A stretch of DNA of 64,000 nucleotides from Thermoplasmata archaeon (GTDB lineage Archaea; Thermoplasmatota; Thermoplasmata; Lutacidiplasmatales; UBA184): assembly GCA_027315165.1 (NCBI GenBank), contig DAHUYN010000003.1:95846-159845 (forward strand). Reading direction: 5' to 3'. Shown piece after piece: positions 18,697 through 27,658 of the stretch (position 1 is the stretch's first letter; each line of letters starts with the position of its first letter). The position numbers were made by a program, and so were the translations under genes. The notes below the pieces were generated by a model, which did not search any database, was not told where the DNA came from, and saw only the letters and a list, made by a program, of their open reading frames with translations.

Positions 18697-19014
18697 ATGG
18701 GGAACGACGAGTTCGACGAGATCCTCTCCGCCCTGGACCGAGAGACGGCCCGGATCCGCGTCCGCGCGGAGCCGCGCCGGTACAACAAGCCCGCGACGGT
18801 CATCTCAGGGTTCCCGCCGGGAGTCGACCTCGACGAGATCACTCGTTCGCTCAAGAACCGCCTCGCGACCGGCGGCTCGGTCGTCGACGGCGAGGTCTAC
18901 CTGCAGGGGGACCACCGGGCCCGGATCCGGGACGAGCTCTCGCGCCTCGGCTTCGACGCCGAGACGATCGAGGTCTCGAACGCCCAGCTCCCCAAGCGCG
19001 GCCGGCGCGGGTGA
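18697..19014 (+). CDS. Translation initiation factor aSUI1 (eIF1 homologue)
   Basis: The sequence RIRVRAEPRRYNKPATVISGF...LKNRLATGGSV..GEVYLQGDHR is the SUI1 fold signature. Confidence 0.9.
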   Translation: MGNDEFDEILSALDRETARIRVRAEPRRYNKPATVISGFPPGVDLDEITRSLKNRLATGGSVVDGEVYLQGDHRARIRDELSRLGFDAETIEVSNAQLPKRGRRG

Positions 19015-19109
19015 TCGGGGCCCCGGTCCCGCGCGCCGCTGTCCCCGCCCCCGACGCCGGTCCCCCCGAGACCGTATAGGGGCCGGGGGCTGCTCCCTTC
19101 GGGGGAACG

Positions 19110-19967
19110 ATGGAAGGCTACGCACATCCGGAGGTCCTCGTCGATACCGAGTGGGTCGCCCAGCGGCTCACCGACCCGAAGGTCCGCCTCGCCGAGGTCG
19201 ACTACGACCCCGTCGCGAACTACCGGCTGAGCCACATCCCCGGCTCGGTCCTGTTCGACTGGCGCGCCGACTTCAACGACCCCGTCGCGCGGGACCTGCC
19301 GAGCCGTGAGGCGATCACGGCGCTCTTGAGGCGCGCGGGCGTCTCGCCCGAGACGACCCTCGTCCTCTACGGCGACTTCAACAACTGGTTCGCGGCGTTC
19401 GCCTTCTGGGTGCTCGACGCCTACGGCGTCCCCAACGTCCGTCTGATGAACGGCGGCCGGAAGAAGTGGATCGCGGAGGACCGCCCGCTCTCCAAGGAGG
19501 TGCCGTCGCCCGCGCCGGGGCGTGCGTCGGCCCTTCCGAGGAACGAGCGGCTCCGGGCCTACCTCGGCGATGTGCGCGCCTCCCTCGCGCTCGTGCGCGA
19601 CGGGAAGATGGGCCTCGTGGACGTGCGGAGCCCCAAGGAGTTCTCGGGCGAAGTGACGGCGCCGCCGGAGTACCCGACGGAGCACGCCCAGCGCGGCGGG
19701 CACATCCCCGGCGCGGCGAACATCCCCTGGGGGCTCGCCGTCGCCGAGGACGGGACCTTCAAGCCCCGCGCCGAGCTCGAGCGGCTCTACCGCGAGCGCG
19801 GGATCGTCCCCGAGCGACCCGTGATCACCTACTGCCGCATCGGCGAGCGCTCGAGCCACACCTGGTTCGTGCTGCGCTACCTGCTCGGCTACGAGGACGT
19901 CCGCAACTACGACGGCTCGTGGACGGAGTGGGGGAACCTGGTGGGGACCCCCATCGAGAAGCCGTAG
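19110..19967 (+). CDS. Thiosulfate/3-mercaptopyruvate sulfurtransferase (two rhodanese domains)
   Basis: Tandem rhodanese layout with the active-site loop YCRIGERSSH in the C-terminal domain. Confidence 0.9.
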   Translation: MEGYAHPEVLVDTEWVAQRLTDPKVRLAEVDYDPVANYRLSHIPGSVLFDWRADFNDPVARDLPSREAITALLRRAGVSPETTLVLYGDFNNWFAAFAFWVLDAYGVPNVRLMNGGRKKWIAEDRPLSKEVPSPAPGRASALPRNERLRAYLGDVRASLALVRDGKMGLVDVRSPKEFSGEVTAPPEYPTEHAQRGGHIPGAANIPWGLAVAEDGTFKPRAELERLYRERGIVPERPVITYCRIGERSSHTWFVLRYLLGYEDVRNYDGSWTEWGNLVGTPIEKP

Positions 19968-19972
19968 CGGCG

Positions 19973-20671
19973 CTATCGCCGAGGCCGGAGCCGGGGCCTC
20001 GGGTCCGCCTCGCGCCGGAGGAGGAAGCGGTGGAGCGACCCCTCGCGGTCGTGGCCGAGGATCGTGTGCCCCGTGCGGTCGCTCCACCGGACGAGCTCGA
20101 TCGGGCTCGTCGGGTCGTCGGTGACGAGGAGGAGCACCTCCGTCGGCGAGATCTGGGCCAGCGCCTCGTCGACGCGGGCGAGCACCGCGGCGCACTCCGC
20201 CCCGACCTCGTAGAGCTCGGCGTCGGGGAACGCGGCGTAGCAGCGGATCCGGAGCTCGCGGATCCGCGCGGCGAGGGCCTCACGGACCTCCTCGGCCTCC
20301 CGCGTCCACCGCGGGACCTCCTCGATGTCGACGACGCGGACGCGCGCGACCCAGCCCGTGCCGTACGGGTCGTCGTTGAGCCGCTTCGGGTGCAGCGGGA
20401 GCGCGAGGTTCCGCTCGCGCACCTCGGCCTCGACCGGCAGGCGGACGGCGCCGGTGTAGCGGACCGACTCGACCGTGGCGACGCTCCGTCCTCGGGCGAG
20501 GGGCCCCGAGACCGGGCGGTAGGTGAGGGCCGTGATCCGTCCCGCGAAGGCGCTGAGGCTCTTGAGGAGCCCGAGCTCGTAGAGCCCGGTGTCGGGGTCG
20601 GCCTTGAGCCAGACGTCGTGCTCGAGGTCGTAGCGCCGGTCCTCGGGGAGCGGACACCCCTCGACGTCCAT
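19973..20671 (-). CDS. GcvH-like domain (lipoyl Lys replaced by Arg) fused to TusA/SirA-like domain
   Basis: The N-terminus reads HDVWLK...GLYELGL...ATVESVRYTGAVRLPVEAEV..RN..LNDDPYGTGW, an H-protein pattern with VESVR instead of VESVK. The C-terminus reads GAECAAV...LLLVTDDPTSPIELVRWSDRTGHTIL, a TusA-like pattern. The start was set to the internal ATG (MDVEG). Confidence 0.7.
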   Translation of the reverse strand: MDVEGCPLPEDRRYDLEHDVWLKADPDTGLYELGLLKSLSAFAGRITALTYRPVSGPLARGRSVATVESVRYTGAVRLPVEAEVRERNLALPLHPKRLNDDPYGTGWVARVRVVDIEEVPRWTREAEEVREALAARIRELRIRCYAAFPDAELYEVGAECAAVLARVDEALAQISPTEVLLLVTDDPTSPIELVRWSDRTGHTILGHDREGSLHRFLLRREADPRPRLRPRR

Positions 20672-20766
20672 CGGTCCCTCGGAGCGCCCGTCGGATTTAC
20701 CCGTTGGCCGCGCCGAGACCCTCGGGCCGCCGCCAACTATTAGCCCCCGGGACCTTGCCGGCGCCG

Positions 20767-20955
20767 ATGACCTCAAGGGCGGAGCGGGCGCCGACCCTCG
20801 AGCCCGCGCGCAACCGGTGCCGGTGCGGCCACTTCCCCTCGAGCCACCTGCGCGTCGTCGCCTCGCCGAGCGGCGGCGGCTTCCAGCTCGACCCCGTCGG
20901 GCCGTGCACGATCTGTCGCGAGAGCGCCTGCCCTCGCTTCACCCCCGGCGTCTGA
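20767..20955 (+). CDS. Small Cys-rich (zinc-ribbon-like) protein, 62 aa
   Basis: MTSRAERAP...RCRCGHFPSSH...CTICRESACPRF. Third-position GC is very high. It is hidden inside track ORF 20704..20955. Confidence 0.5.
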   Translation: MTSRAERAPTLEPARNRCRCGHFPSSHLRVVASPSGGGFQLDPVGPCTICRESACPRFTPGV

Positions 20956-21000
20956 GCCGGCGCCGTAAACCTACTTGAGGGGTCCCCGCCTCGTGGGCCC

Positions 21001-22626
21001 GTGCCGGTCGCGAGGCGACTCGTCGTCGGGCTGCTCGTCGCGGCCCTCCTCGCCGTGCCGTGGGCCGGGCTGGCGCAAAAGAGCCCCGGCGCGTCATCTA
21101 AGAGCCTCGACGAGCCGTTGGGCGCGACCACGACGCGGCCCGCGGCGGGGCCGCACCCCGCCCACCCCGTCGACCCCCGCGTCTCCTCGGGGATCGGTCG
21201 GCTGTTCGTGACCACGCCCGACCCGCTCATCGTCCCGAACGACGGCCTGCGGACGAACCTCACCGCCTTCGCGCCCCAGGCGTTCGCCCCGTTCACCTCC
21301 TACCAGGAGGGCGCCGAGGAGACGATCGGCGGCTACGACGCGGTGTTCGGCCTCTTCGAGAACGCCCAGACGGCGCCCGTCCCGTTCTTCTCCGTCTTCT
21401 CGAACACGACCGACGTGACGGTCCACCTCGCCTACTGGACGGCCGAGACGCTGCTCACGGGGGCGAGCTACGATTTCGAGCTCGGCCGGTCGAACGGGAC
21501 GAACTGGACCCTCACCGTCAACGGCGCGCTGTTCGGCGGGAACGGCACCGAGGCGGAGTACGACTTCGGCGCCGTCACCTCGACGTGGGCGGGGGGCGTC
21601 AGCTTCAGCGAGATCGCGCTCTACACGAACGTGACGACGGCCCCGCCGACCGCCCCGGCGTCGCTCGCGCTCGCGGTCCACACGGCCACGGGCTGGTACC
21701 TCCCGACGCAGGGGCTCGCGACGTTCTCGGGCCCCTCGCCCTGGGGGATCGAGGGCCGAGCGCAGCACCCGACGCTCGCGCCGGGCGCTCTCGTGAGCGG
21801 CACCTCGCTCGCCGCCGTCGTCAACGGCACCGTCCTCTGGAGCGGCGGACCCGTCGGCGTCGGGGTCGTCCTCGTGACCCCGCCCTCCGCGGTCGGCCTC
21901 ACGACGGTCCCGGTGACGGCCCGTGTCACCGACACGAACGGGGCGCCCCTCCCCGGCGTCGCCGTCACCCTCTACGACGTCGGCGGCAACTTCACGCCGG
22001 GCTCGTCGCTCACGAACGCCTCGGGGGGCGTCTACTACGCCTGGTCGACCCCGAACGCGACGGCCAACGTCTCCGACCCCGTCACGGCGCTCGTGACGAC
22101 GTTCGGCTACCGCGGCCTCACGACCGTCGCGGTCGACGTCTCGCCCCCGCTCCACGTCGTCTTCGCCTTCGCGGGGAGCTCGGCCGTCCCGCCCGGCGGC
22201 TCGGCGTCGGTGACCGTCGGGGCGACCGACCCGAGCGGCCACGCCGTCGGGGGCGTCTACCTCTCCTTCTCGGCGACCGGCGGGCTCGTGGCCCCGACCG
22301 GTGGGGAGACCGACGCCTCGGGTCATGTGACGGTCGGGCTGTCGACCGTCGCGAGGACGGGGCTCGTCGTCCTCGTCGTCACCGCGGTCGGCAGCGGCGT
22401 CTGGGGGTCGGCAAGCCTCACGCTCCCCGTCCGGGCTCCCGCCTCGGACCCCTGGCCGACCTACGCGCTCGTCGCCGGCGTCGTCGCCGCCGCGGCCCTC
22501 GTCGCCGGGGTCCTCTGGCGACGGCCGCGACGGCGCCGGCCCACCGCCGAGGAGCTCTGGGGCCCGTCGCTGCGACCCGAGCGCGGGCCCGTCAGCCGTA
22601 CGCCGCCCGGATCAGGTGGTCCTTGA
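21001..22626 (+). CDS. Secreted, C-terminally TM-anchored surface glycoprotein with Ig-like (Big/CARDB-type) domains
   Basis: It has a signal peptide LVVGLLVAALLAVPWAGLA and many NxS/T sequons. Ig-like segments include VTARVTDTNGAPLPGVAVTLYD and VTVGATDPSGHAVGGVYLSF. The C-terminal TM segment is followed by RRPRRRR. Confidence 0.75.
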   Translation: MPVARRLVVGLLVAALLAVPWAGLAQKSPGASSKSLDEPLGATTTRPAAGPHPAHPVDPRVSSGIGRLFVTTPDPLIVPNDGLRTNLTAFAPQAFAPFTSYQEGAEETIGGYDAVFGLFENAQTAPVPFFSVFSNTTDVTVHLAYWTAETLLTGASYDFELGRSNGTNWTLTVNGALFGGNGTEAEYDFGAVTSTWAGGVSFSEIALYTNVTTAPPTAPASLALAVHTATGWYLPTQGLATFSGPSPWGIEGRAQHPTLAPGALVSGTSLAAVVNGTVLWSGGPVGVGVVLVTPPSAVGLTTVPVTARVTDTNGAPLPGVAVTLYDVGGNFTPGSSLTNASGGVYYAWSTPNATANVSDPVTALVTTFGYRGLTTVAVDVSPPLHVVFAFAGSSAVPPGGSASVTVGATDPSGHAVGGVYLSFSATGGLVAPTGGETDASGHVTVGLSTVARTGLVVLVVTAVGSGVWGSASLTLPVRAPASDPWPTYALVAGVVAAAALVAGVLWRRPRRRRPTAEELWGPSLRPERGPVSRTPPGSGGP

Positions 22627-23047
22627 ACCGGCGCAGGCGCTCGTCCCAGAAATGGAAGTGCCAGGACCGGGCCTCCTCCCACGCGTCGCCGCTCCTCCAG
22701 CCGAGGTGCTCGAGCGTGACGTCGATCCCCTCGGGGGACTCCTGGAGCCGGACGTAGACCTCGGTGGGCGGCTCGGCGGTGTTGAGGAGCTCGGCGAACT
22801 CGGCGGGGCCCTGCCAGCTGAAGCCGAGGTCGACGTCGGGGGTCAGCCTCGTCACGTGCCCGCGGCTCGAGAACTTCGGCTCATCACCGAAGTCGAGCTC
22901 GAAGCGTCCGCCCACGCGCAGCTCGACGCGCGCGGCGGTCGCGAGCCACTGCGCGAGCTGCAGAGGGTCGGCCCATGCCGCGTAGATCATCGGGATCGGG
23001 AGGGGGACGGTCACCTGGATCAGGATCGGGTCCAGCTCGTCGGCCAT
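22592..23047 (-). CDS. AHSA1/SRPBCC-family protein
   Basis: MADELDPILIQVTVPLPIPMIYAAWADPLQLAQWL...VTLEH. This is the 151-aa tail of track ORF 22592..24049. A TATA-like CCCTTTAGC lies about 27 nt upstream. Confidence 0.75.
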   Translation of the reverse strand: MADELDPILIQVTVPLPIPMIYAAWADPLQLAQWLATAARVELRVGGRFELDFGDEPKFSSRGHVTRLTPDVDLGFSWQGPAEFAELLNTAEPPTEVYVRLQESPEGIDVTLEHLGWRSGDAWEEARSWHFHFWDERLRRFKDHLIRAAYG

Positions 23048-23158
23048 GACCGCTCCGCGTGTGGGCGCGTCCGCTAAAGGGTTTGCGCTGGCGCGAGGGC
23101 GGCGCGCCGAACGCTTAGATAGCGGCCCCCCTACCGGGCGCCGCCGAGGAGGACGGCC

Positions 23159-23977
23159 GTGGCCGCGACGAACGAGTCCGAGGAGAACCTTCGGCCCTTC
23201 TGGGCCGACGCGGAGCTCCCGCGAGAGCGCTGGCTCTACTACGCCTTCCAGGCGCGCCGCTACGGCGCGATCGTCGACGCGCTGGCCCCGCTCGGGCCCT
23301 GGCCCTCGCGACGGGTCCTCGACCTCGGCGGCGGAGTGGGGAGCCTCGCCGTGCTCCTCAAGGCCCGCCTGGGAGGCCGGTACGACCTCGCCGATTTCTC
23401 CGCGCCGAGCGCCGCCCACGCGGCCGCGCTTCGACGGGCGGGCGTCGAGTCGAGCTATTCGGTCGACCTGCGGAGCCGCCCGGCCCTTTCGAGCGTGCCG
23501 GGCGGCTACGACGCGATCCTCTTGGTCGAGGTCCTCGAGCACCTCTTGGTGAACCCGCTCACCCTGTTCCGCGAGGTGTGGGAGCATCTCGCCCCGGGGG
23601 GGCTCCTGTTCGTGACGACCCCGAACCAGGCCCGCCTTCGCAACCGGCTCCGTCTTCTCGCGGGCCGGTCGATCAAGGAGCCGGGCCGGTACCCGTGGGT
23701 CGACAAGGGTGTCTACGGGCACGTGATCGAGTTCACGCTCGACGAGCTCGACCGGCTCGCGGCGGCGGAGAGCTTCACGCGCGTGTGGGGGTCCGTCGTC
23801 CAGCAGGTCCCGAGCGTCGCCCCGACCCGCTGGCAGCGGGCCGGTCGGAGGCTCCTCAACGCCAGGGCCGTTCGGGGGCTGCGGCTCGGCGACGATCTGC
23901 TCGCCGCGTACCGGAAGGTCGACCGGCCCGCGGACGGCTCCTGCCCCGTGCCCCTCGACCCCGCCGGGCGTCTGTAG
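23159..23977 (+). CDS. Class I SAM-dependent methyltransferase
   Basis: Motif I is RVLDLGGGVGSL. Also present are YDAILLVEVLEHL and PGGLLFVTTPN. Confidence 0.85.
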   Translation: MAATNESEENLRPFWADAELPRERWLYYAFQARRYGAIVDALAPLGPWPSRRVLDLGGGVGSLAVLLKARLGGRYDLADFSAPSAAHAAALRRAGVESSYSVDLRSRPALSSVPGGYDAILLVEVLEHLLVNPLTLFREVWEHLAPGGLLFVTTPNQARLRNRLRLLAGRSIKEPGRYPWVDKGVYGHVIEFTLDELDRLAAAESFTRVWGSVVQQVPSVAPTRWQRAGRRLLNARAVRGLRLGDDLLAAYRKVDRPADGSCPVPLDPAGRL

Positions 23978-24083
23978 CGCCGCTCTGCGGACCCGGCGTC
24001 GCGGGCCCTCGGGGCCCCGCCGAGCCCCACGCCAGGTCGGGGGACGCAACCTCTAAGAAGTGGGGAGGCGGTCGCGGGCCACC

Positions 24084-27000
24084 ATGGCCGAACGCAGTAT
24101 GGCAGTCTGGACCCTCAGCCTCGTCGTCGTCGCGCTCCTCCTCCTTCCCGCCGGGGCCCTCGTGGCCCAGGCCCCCCACGCCGTCCCGAGCGCGTCGGTC
24201 CACCCGGCGGCCTCGACGGTGCGGAGCCCGACCCTCTCGGCCGCGCCGGCGAGCACGGGCCTCGCCGCGACCCAGGCCCGGATCGTCCAGTCGATCCAGG
24301 CGGCCCACGTGCCGTCGCGGGACGTCTTCTATCCCAACTTCAACGCGCAGGAGGTCCGTCACGGCAACGTCATCTCGCCGACCTACGCGCATGCGCCGGC
24401 CCCGATCGGCATCGCCGACATGGGGATCACGAACACGACCGGGACCGCCGTCGGGAGCGTCCTCACGACCCCGAGCTTCGAGGGCTCGGTCACGTTCAAC
24501 AACCTGTCGGCGTTCTACATGGACGACGACTCGACCGACTACGTCGGCGCCCAGCTCAACACCGTCGTCGCGAACGTCACGCTGCTCGGCAACTCCTCCA
24601 ACTCGTTCTGGACGCAGAACGTCTTCGAGTACTCCGCGCGCTCGAACTTCCTCCAGTTCATCGACAACATCTGGAACTTCTCGAGCCCGGCGTTCTACAT
24701 GAGCCCGAACGTCTTCAACGCCACGAGCCCCAACGGCACCCTCGTGGCGCCGTCGTTCTACTACGGCATCGGTCCGGTGATCAACATCACGATGCCGTTC
24801 ACCGTGAACGTCTTCACGAACGTCTCGGTGACGACCGTCTCGGGCCTTCCCTACGACATCGTCTACTTCAACTACAGTCTCTACAAGTTCGGGGCCTGGG
24901 TCCAGGGCGGCGCCTACGACTGGGCGATCTTCAACTCGCAGGCCCCGACGAGCCCGACGCCGACGATCGCGACGCCCCTCTACCAGGTCAACGGCGTGGA
25001 CCTGAGCCCGACCGGCTACCTCCCCTACGACGCCGAGCTCGTCTTCTGCGGCCCCGGCGGCGGCAGCACGACGAACCTCCTCAACCTCAACGCGACGCTC
25101 GACCTGTGGTACTGGAACACGAGCGCGGGTAGCTACCAGACCGTTCCGTCGGCCGTGGCCTACGGGACGAACACGGGGGAGACCGCGGACGGGATCGCCG
25201 AGTGGTACGATGCCACCCACACCGTGCACGCCGGTCCCGGCCCGACCCTGCCGTACCTGTTCTGGAACTCGAGCCCGACCGCGAGCGCAGGGGCCTTGAC
25301 GATCAAGGGGCCCGTGACGCCGACGAACGCGTTCGTCTTCGTGAACCAGTCGGTCAACTACAACGAGAGCTGGGCGGCCTCGGCCCCGGTGCCCCTCTCG
25401 GGCGGGATCTCCTACCGCGTGCCCGTCGGCGACTACGCGGTCGAGGTCGAGCTGTCGAACTACGACCCGATGAACTTCACCGTCCTCGCGTCGACGCCGT
25501 CGACCTGGAGCCTGAACGCGAACCTCGTCTCGGACCCCGCGCGCGGCGTCTACACGCCGCTCTACGCCTTCAGCAACGCGCAGCTCGCCGCGATCTCGAC
25601 CTCCGGCACGGGGAGCTCCTCGAGCCCCTACACGATCGCGAACAACCAGGTGGGCTCGCTCGACCCGATCTTCGCCCGGATGAACGACTTCACCTTCCCG
25701 ACGTTCTCGGGGCTGCTGCTCGCGCACACGACCGCCTACGTCGACGTCGCGAACCCGGCGTCGTTCGAGGTCACCTTCAGCGGCCGGGTCCTGGGCCAGG
25801 CGAACGCCCTCGGGCTCCCCACGTCGAACAACCTCCAGATCCAGCTGTACGGCACGAGCCACGTCTCCCTGTGGAACGCCTCCGGGATCACCGGCTGGTT
25901 CAGCGGGGCTTACCTTACGGGCTTCCCGATCGCGCCCGTGATGGTGTGGAACTCGACGAACACGCTCGTCGGCAGCAACACGTTCTGGGACGAGGGGATG
26001 AGCCTCCTGCTCTACGGCGGCACCGCCAACACCGTCTGGGGCAACCGGTTCCTCCCGAGCCCCAACCTGGCCGACCCGGCGTTCGTCGGCGCGGTGATGT
26101 ACGGGGCCTATCCGTTCGGACCGTGGGTCTTCGAGAACGGCGACCTGATCTACAACAACGCCTTCGAGACGCAGGTCCCCGTCTACTCGCCGGCCTCGAC
26201 GATCTACACGGAGACCTACACGCAGGTCTTCTCGGGCTTCTGGAGCAACGCCTGGAACGTCTCGTGGGCGCCCGCGAGCGCCTGGAGCCTCGTCAACGGC
26301 TTCAACCTCACGGGGAGCATCACGGGCGGTAGCTACCAGGGCGGCAACTTCTGGTGGAACTACGGTCTCTACGGCTTCTACCTGCCCTACGACGGCGGCG
26401 GGCTGATCGCCTACGGCGGCGACTGGCTGCCGCTCGGCGGCGACTCGCTCGCGATCAGCGAGACCGGGCTGCCGGCGAACTCGGCGTGGTCGGTGACCGT
26501 CAACCAGCTCTCGATCGGCATCGTCGGCGCGACGAGCTCGATCCAGCTCCTCGACGGGACCTACGACTACGCCGTGAGCTCGGTCCCGGGCTACACCGCG
26601 ACCCCGGCCTCGGGCGCCGTCACGCTCTTCCAGGGCCCCGGAGCGATCGTCGTCACGTTCGCGCCGGTGGTCACGTTGTACAACGTCACGCTCGTCGAGG
26701 CCGGGCTCCCCTCGGGAACCTCCTGGACCGCCTCGCTCAACGGCGCGACGGCGAGCTCGACGACGAGCACGCTCAACTGGTCGGAGCCGAACGGGAGCTA
26801 CACGTGGGCGGTGACGCCGATCGCCGGCCTCGAGCTCGCCCATCCGGGCGGCACGGTCAGCGTCGCGGGCGCCGCCGCCAGCGTCGCCGTGCTCTTCACG
26901 ACGCCCGCGGCCCAGAGCTACTCGGTCGCGTTCGTCGCGCTCGGCCTCCCCTCGGGCACGACGTGGAGCGTCACGCTCGCCGGGACGACCGTCTCCTCGG

Positions 27001-27551
27001 CGCTCGGGCAGATCTCCTTCACGGAGCCGAACGGCAGCTACAGCTACACGATCGGGACCGTCACCGGCTACCGCGCGACCCCGTCGTCGGGCAGCCAGTC
27101 CGTCTCGGGGACGGCGTCGTTCGTCGACGTTACCTTCTCGCCGAACCTGGTGACGCTCTCGGGCACGGTCACGCCCTCGGGCGCGACCGTGTCGATCGAC
27201 GGGGCCGCGGTCTCCGTCACGGGCGGCGCGTTCTCGCTCCAGGTGGCGCCCGGCGTGCACGAGGTCCGCGCGACGTCGAGCGGCTACTACGACTACATCA
27301 ACAACGTCACGGTGAACGTCGGCCAGAACCTGAGCGTCGTCGTCGCGATGAACGCGATCTCCGGCGCGACGACGTCGGGCACGAGCCTGAGCGGCGCGAA
27401 CCTCGCACTGCTCGCCGGGCTCGCGGTGCTCGCGGTGATCTTCCTGATCGGGATGGTCTACTTCTGGTCCCGTGCCCGCCGCGCGCCGGTCGTGATGAAG
27501 CCGGAGCCCGAGGGCCCCTCGACCAAGGGCCCCGGGACCGGCGGCACGTAG
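24084..27551 (+). CDS. Thermopsin-family (peptidase A5) multidomain surface protease, C-terminally TM anchored
   Basis: The N-terminal domain matches thermopsin landmarks: APAPIGIADMG, QLNTVVANV, FWTQNVFEY, LQFIDNIWNFSS, YDAELVFCGPGGG and YGTNTGETADG. It is followed by three repeats of about 81 aa, a PEGA-like domain, and TM plus SRARR. The ATG at 24084 is preferred over the GTG at 24060. Confidence 0.85.
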   Translation: MAERSMAVWTLSLVVVALLLLPAGALVAQAPHAVPSASVHPAASTVRSPTLSAAPASTGLAATQARIVQSIQAAHVPSRDVFYPNFNAQEVRHGNVISPTYAHAPAPIGIADMGITNTTGTAVGSVLTTPSFEGSVTFNNLSAFYMDDDSTDYVGAQLNTVVANVTLLGNSSNSFWTQNVFEYSARSNFLQFIDNIWNFSSPAFYMSPNVFNATSPNGTLVAPSFYYGIGPVINITMPFTVNVFTNVSVTTVSGLPYDIVYFNYSLYKFGAWVQGGAYDWAIFNSQAPTSPTPTIATPLYQVNGVDLSPTGYLPYDAELVFCGPGGGSTTNLLNLNATLDLWYWNTSAGSYQTVPSAVAYGTNTGETADGIAEWYDATHTVHAGPGPTLPYLFWNSSPTASAGALTIKGPVTPTNAFVFVNQSVNYNESWAASAPVPLSGGISYRVPVGDYAVEVELSNYDPMNFTVLASTPSTWSLNANLVSDPARGVYTPLYAFSNAQLAAISTSGTGSSSSPYTIANNQVGSLDPIFARMNDFTFPTFSGLLLAHTTAYVDVANPASFEVTFSGRVLGQANALGLPTSNNLQIQLYGTSHVSLWNASGITGWFSGAYLTGFPIAPVMVWNSTNTLVGSNTFWDEGMSLLLYGGTANTVWGNRFLPSPNLADPAFVGAVMYGAYPFGPWVFENGDLIYNNAFETQVPVYSPASTIYTETYTQVFSGFWSNAWNVSWAPASAWSLVNGFNLTGSITGGSYQGGNFWWNYGLYGFYLPYDGGGLIAYGGDWLPLGGDSLAISETGLPANSAWSVTVNQLSIGIVGATSSIQLLDGTYDYAVSSVPGYTATPASGAVTLFQGPGAIVVTFAPVVTLYNVTLVEAGLPSGTSWTASLNGATASSTTSTLNWSEPNGSYTWAVTPIAGLELAHPGGTVSVAGAAASVAVLFTTPAAQSYSVAFVALGLPSGTTWSVTLAGTTVSSALGQISFTEPNGSYSYTIGTVTGYRATPSSGSQSVSGTASFVDVTFSPNLVTLSGTVTPSGATVSIDGAAVSVTGGAFSLQVAPGVHEVRATSSGYYDYINNVTVNVGQNLSVVVAMNAISGATTSGTSLSGANLALLAGLAVLAVIFLIGMVYFWSRARRAPVVMKPEPEGPSTKGPGTGGT
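26448..27145 (+). repeat. Three tandem in-frame repeats of about 243 nt (81 aa), GLPxxxxW...NGSY type
   Basis: The repeat units are ETGLPANSAWSVTVNQ..LLDGTYDYAV, EAGLPSGTSWTASLNG..EPNGSYTWAV and ALGLPSGTTWSVTLAG..EPNGSYSYTI. Boundaries are approximate. Confidence 0.6.
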
Positions 27552-27658
27552 TCGCGGTCGTAGGCCCTCGCCCAACCCCTTCCCCACGCCCGCGGGAGGC
27601 TTCGGGCCCGCCGTCGCCAAGCTCAAGTCCCGCCCGGCCCCGAGGTCGAACCACGGCG

